DNA of 64,000 bases from assembly GCF_006345805.1 (NCBI RefSeq), contig NC_042999.1, positions 44,330,001 through 44,394,000 of the forward strand, in the 5' to 3' direction. Of this stretch, positions 62,696-64,000 are shown piece by piece. The stretch comes from Octopus sinensis (taxonomy: Eukaryota). A program made the translations under genes and the position numbers. The notes beneath the pieces were generated by a model that saw only the letters and a list, made by a program, of their open reading frames with translations, was not told where the DNA came from and did no database searches. The first letter of the stretch is position 1; every line of letters begins with the position of its first letter.

Positions 62696-62828
62696 ATTAT
62701 TATCATCATCATATTTTCTTTGCTTACCTTTTAACACTGGAGATGTGTAACAGTATCAGCAGTCCATTACCAGGCTGAGGTAACACTTTATCGACATCGT
62801 CGTCATCATTATTATTATCATTTTTATT

Positions 62829-63790
62829 AAGGCGGTGATCTGGCAGAATCATTAGAACACTGGGTGAAATGCTTAGCATTATTTCGTCCACCTGAGTTCA
62901 AATTCAGCGGAGGTCAACTTTGCCTTTCATCCTTTCGGGATTAAGTACCAGTGAAACACTGGGGTTGATGTAATCAACTAGTCCCTTCCCCAAAATTTCA
63001 GGCCTTGGGCCTATAGTAGAAAAGATTTTATTATTATTAATACAGCAAACTGATAGAATCACTAGCATGCCTGGTGAAATGCTTAGCGGCATTTCATCCA
63101 ACCTTATTTTATGAGTTCAAATTCCGCCAAGGTTGACTTTGTCTTTCATCCTTTCAAGATCAATAAATTAAGTATCAGCGAAACACTGGGATCGATGTAA
63201 TTGACTACTCCTCACCACCCAAATTTCAGGCTTTGTGCCTATAGTGGAAACAATTATTAATGTTCCGGTGGCACGTAAAAAGCACCTTCCGATCGTGGCC
63301 GTTGCCAGCCTCGCCTGGCCCCTGTGCCGGTGGCATGTAAAAAGCACCATCTGATCGTGACCGTTTGCCAGCCTTGTCTGCACCTGTGCCGGTGGCACGT
63401 AAAAAGCACCCACTACACTCATGGAGTGGTTGGTGTTAGGAAGGGCATCCAGCTGTTGAAACACTGCCAGATCAGACTGGGCCTGGTGCAGCCTTCTGGC
63501 TTTCCAGACCCCAGTTGAACCGTCCAACCCATGCTAGCATGGAAAGCGGATGTTAAACGATGATGATGATGATGATTAAGGTGCTGAGCTGGCAGAATTG
63601 TTACCATGCCAACAAAATGCTTAGTGGCATTTCGTAAATCTGTATGTTCTGAGTTCAAATTCCCGTGAGGTCATCTTTGTCTTTTACCCTTTCAGAATTG
63701 ATAAAATAAATACCAGTTGAAGTCTGGGGTTGATATAATCAGTTTACCCCCTCCCCCAAATTACTGGCCTTGTGCTAAAACTTGAAACCA
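62829..63790 (+). repeat. Cluster of three SINE B copies and one RTE tail (63265-63575)
   Basis: Heads near 62829, 63040 and 63578, each after an (ATT)/(GAT) tract. Confidence 0.8.
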
Positions 63791-64000
63791 TTATTATTAT
63801 TTTCTCTTTATCACAGGTTTTGTTCGAGCTCCTAGAGTCTTGCATGCATAGCAGGCTTACTACCTGCAGCCTATGGTACCATGTCATTTGTTCTTTTCAG
63901 TTAATACTTTCCTGATTATTCTGGCCATGCCAAGGAGGCAAACCTTTTGTAACAGTTCTACTGGGCACTCTATTCTAATTTCCTTTATATTCATCTTGAT

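Noticed and set aside
62708-62754. Possible small upstream TRPA1 exon with GTAAGC donor
   Set aside because: No ankyrin motif, poor acceptor and phase incompatible with exon 61043.
241-63658. Most of the 60-130 aa ORFs in the six-frame track
   Set aside because: They translate SINEs, RTE UTRs or microsatellites (HTHT, YIYI, poly-F/L runs). Real exons are mostly shorter and defined by splice sites.

Overview
AT-rich, repeat-dense eukaryotic DNA. The SINE, RTE-LINE and microsatellite content points to an octopus (coleoid cephalopod) genome; this assignment is inferred. Two convergent intron-containing genes are present. The first is the last four coding exons of a ubiquilin (+, 1778-7286: STI1 motif, Ser/Thr-rich linker, UBA, stop). 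The second is 20 in-phase coding exons (about 885 aa, N-terminus beyond the window) of a TRPA1-family ankyrin channel (-, 61043 to 17718). Introns hold three tRNA-derived SINE families, RTE, CR1 and R4-like LINE fragments, mariner/Tc1 and piggyBac-type MITEs, and Helitron/Helentron elements. Highlights: (a) an intact tRNA-Leu(UAG) fused to an A-box-deleted SINE, the whole unit inside an 18-19 bp target-site duplication, which suggests a retroposed tRNA-SINE chimera or nascent SINE; (b) at least four minimal type-I hammerhead ribozyme motifs of Penelope/retrozyme type, the best two antisense to the host gene; (c) the TRPA1 lacks the C621 and C665 electrophile-sensor equivalents and has a non-canonical pore filter (MMILEPEF); (d) a 101-bp near-perfect foldback hairpin at a LINE truncation point; (e) a LINE tail carrying three C2H2 fingers. 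All coordinates were read by eye; repeat boundaries are approximate.
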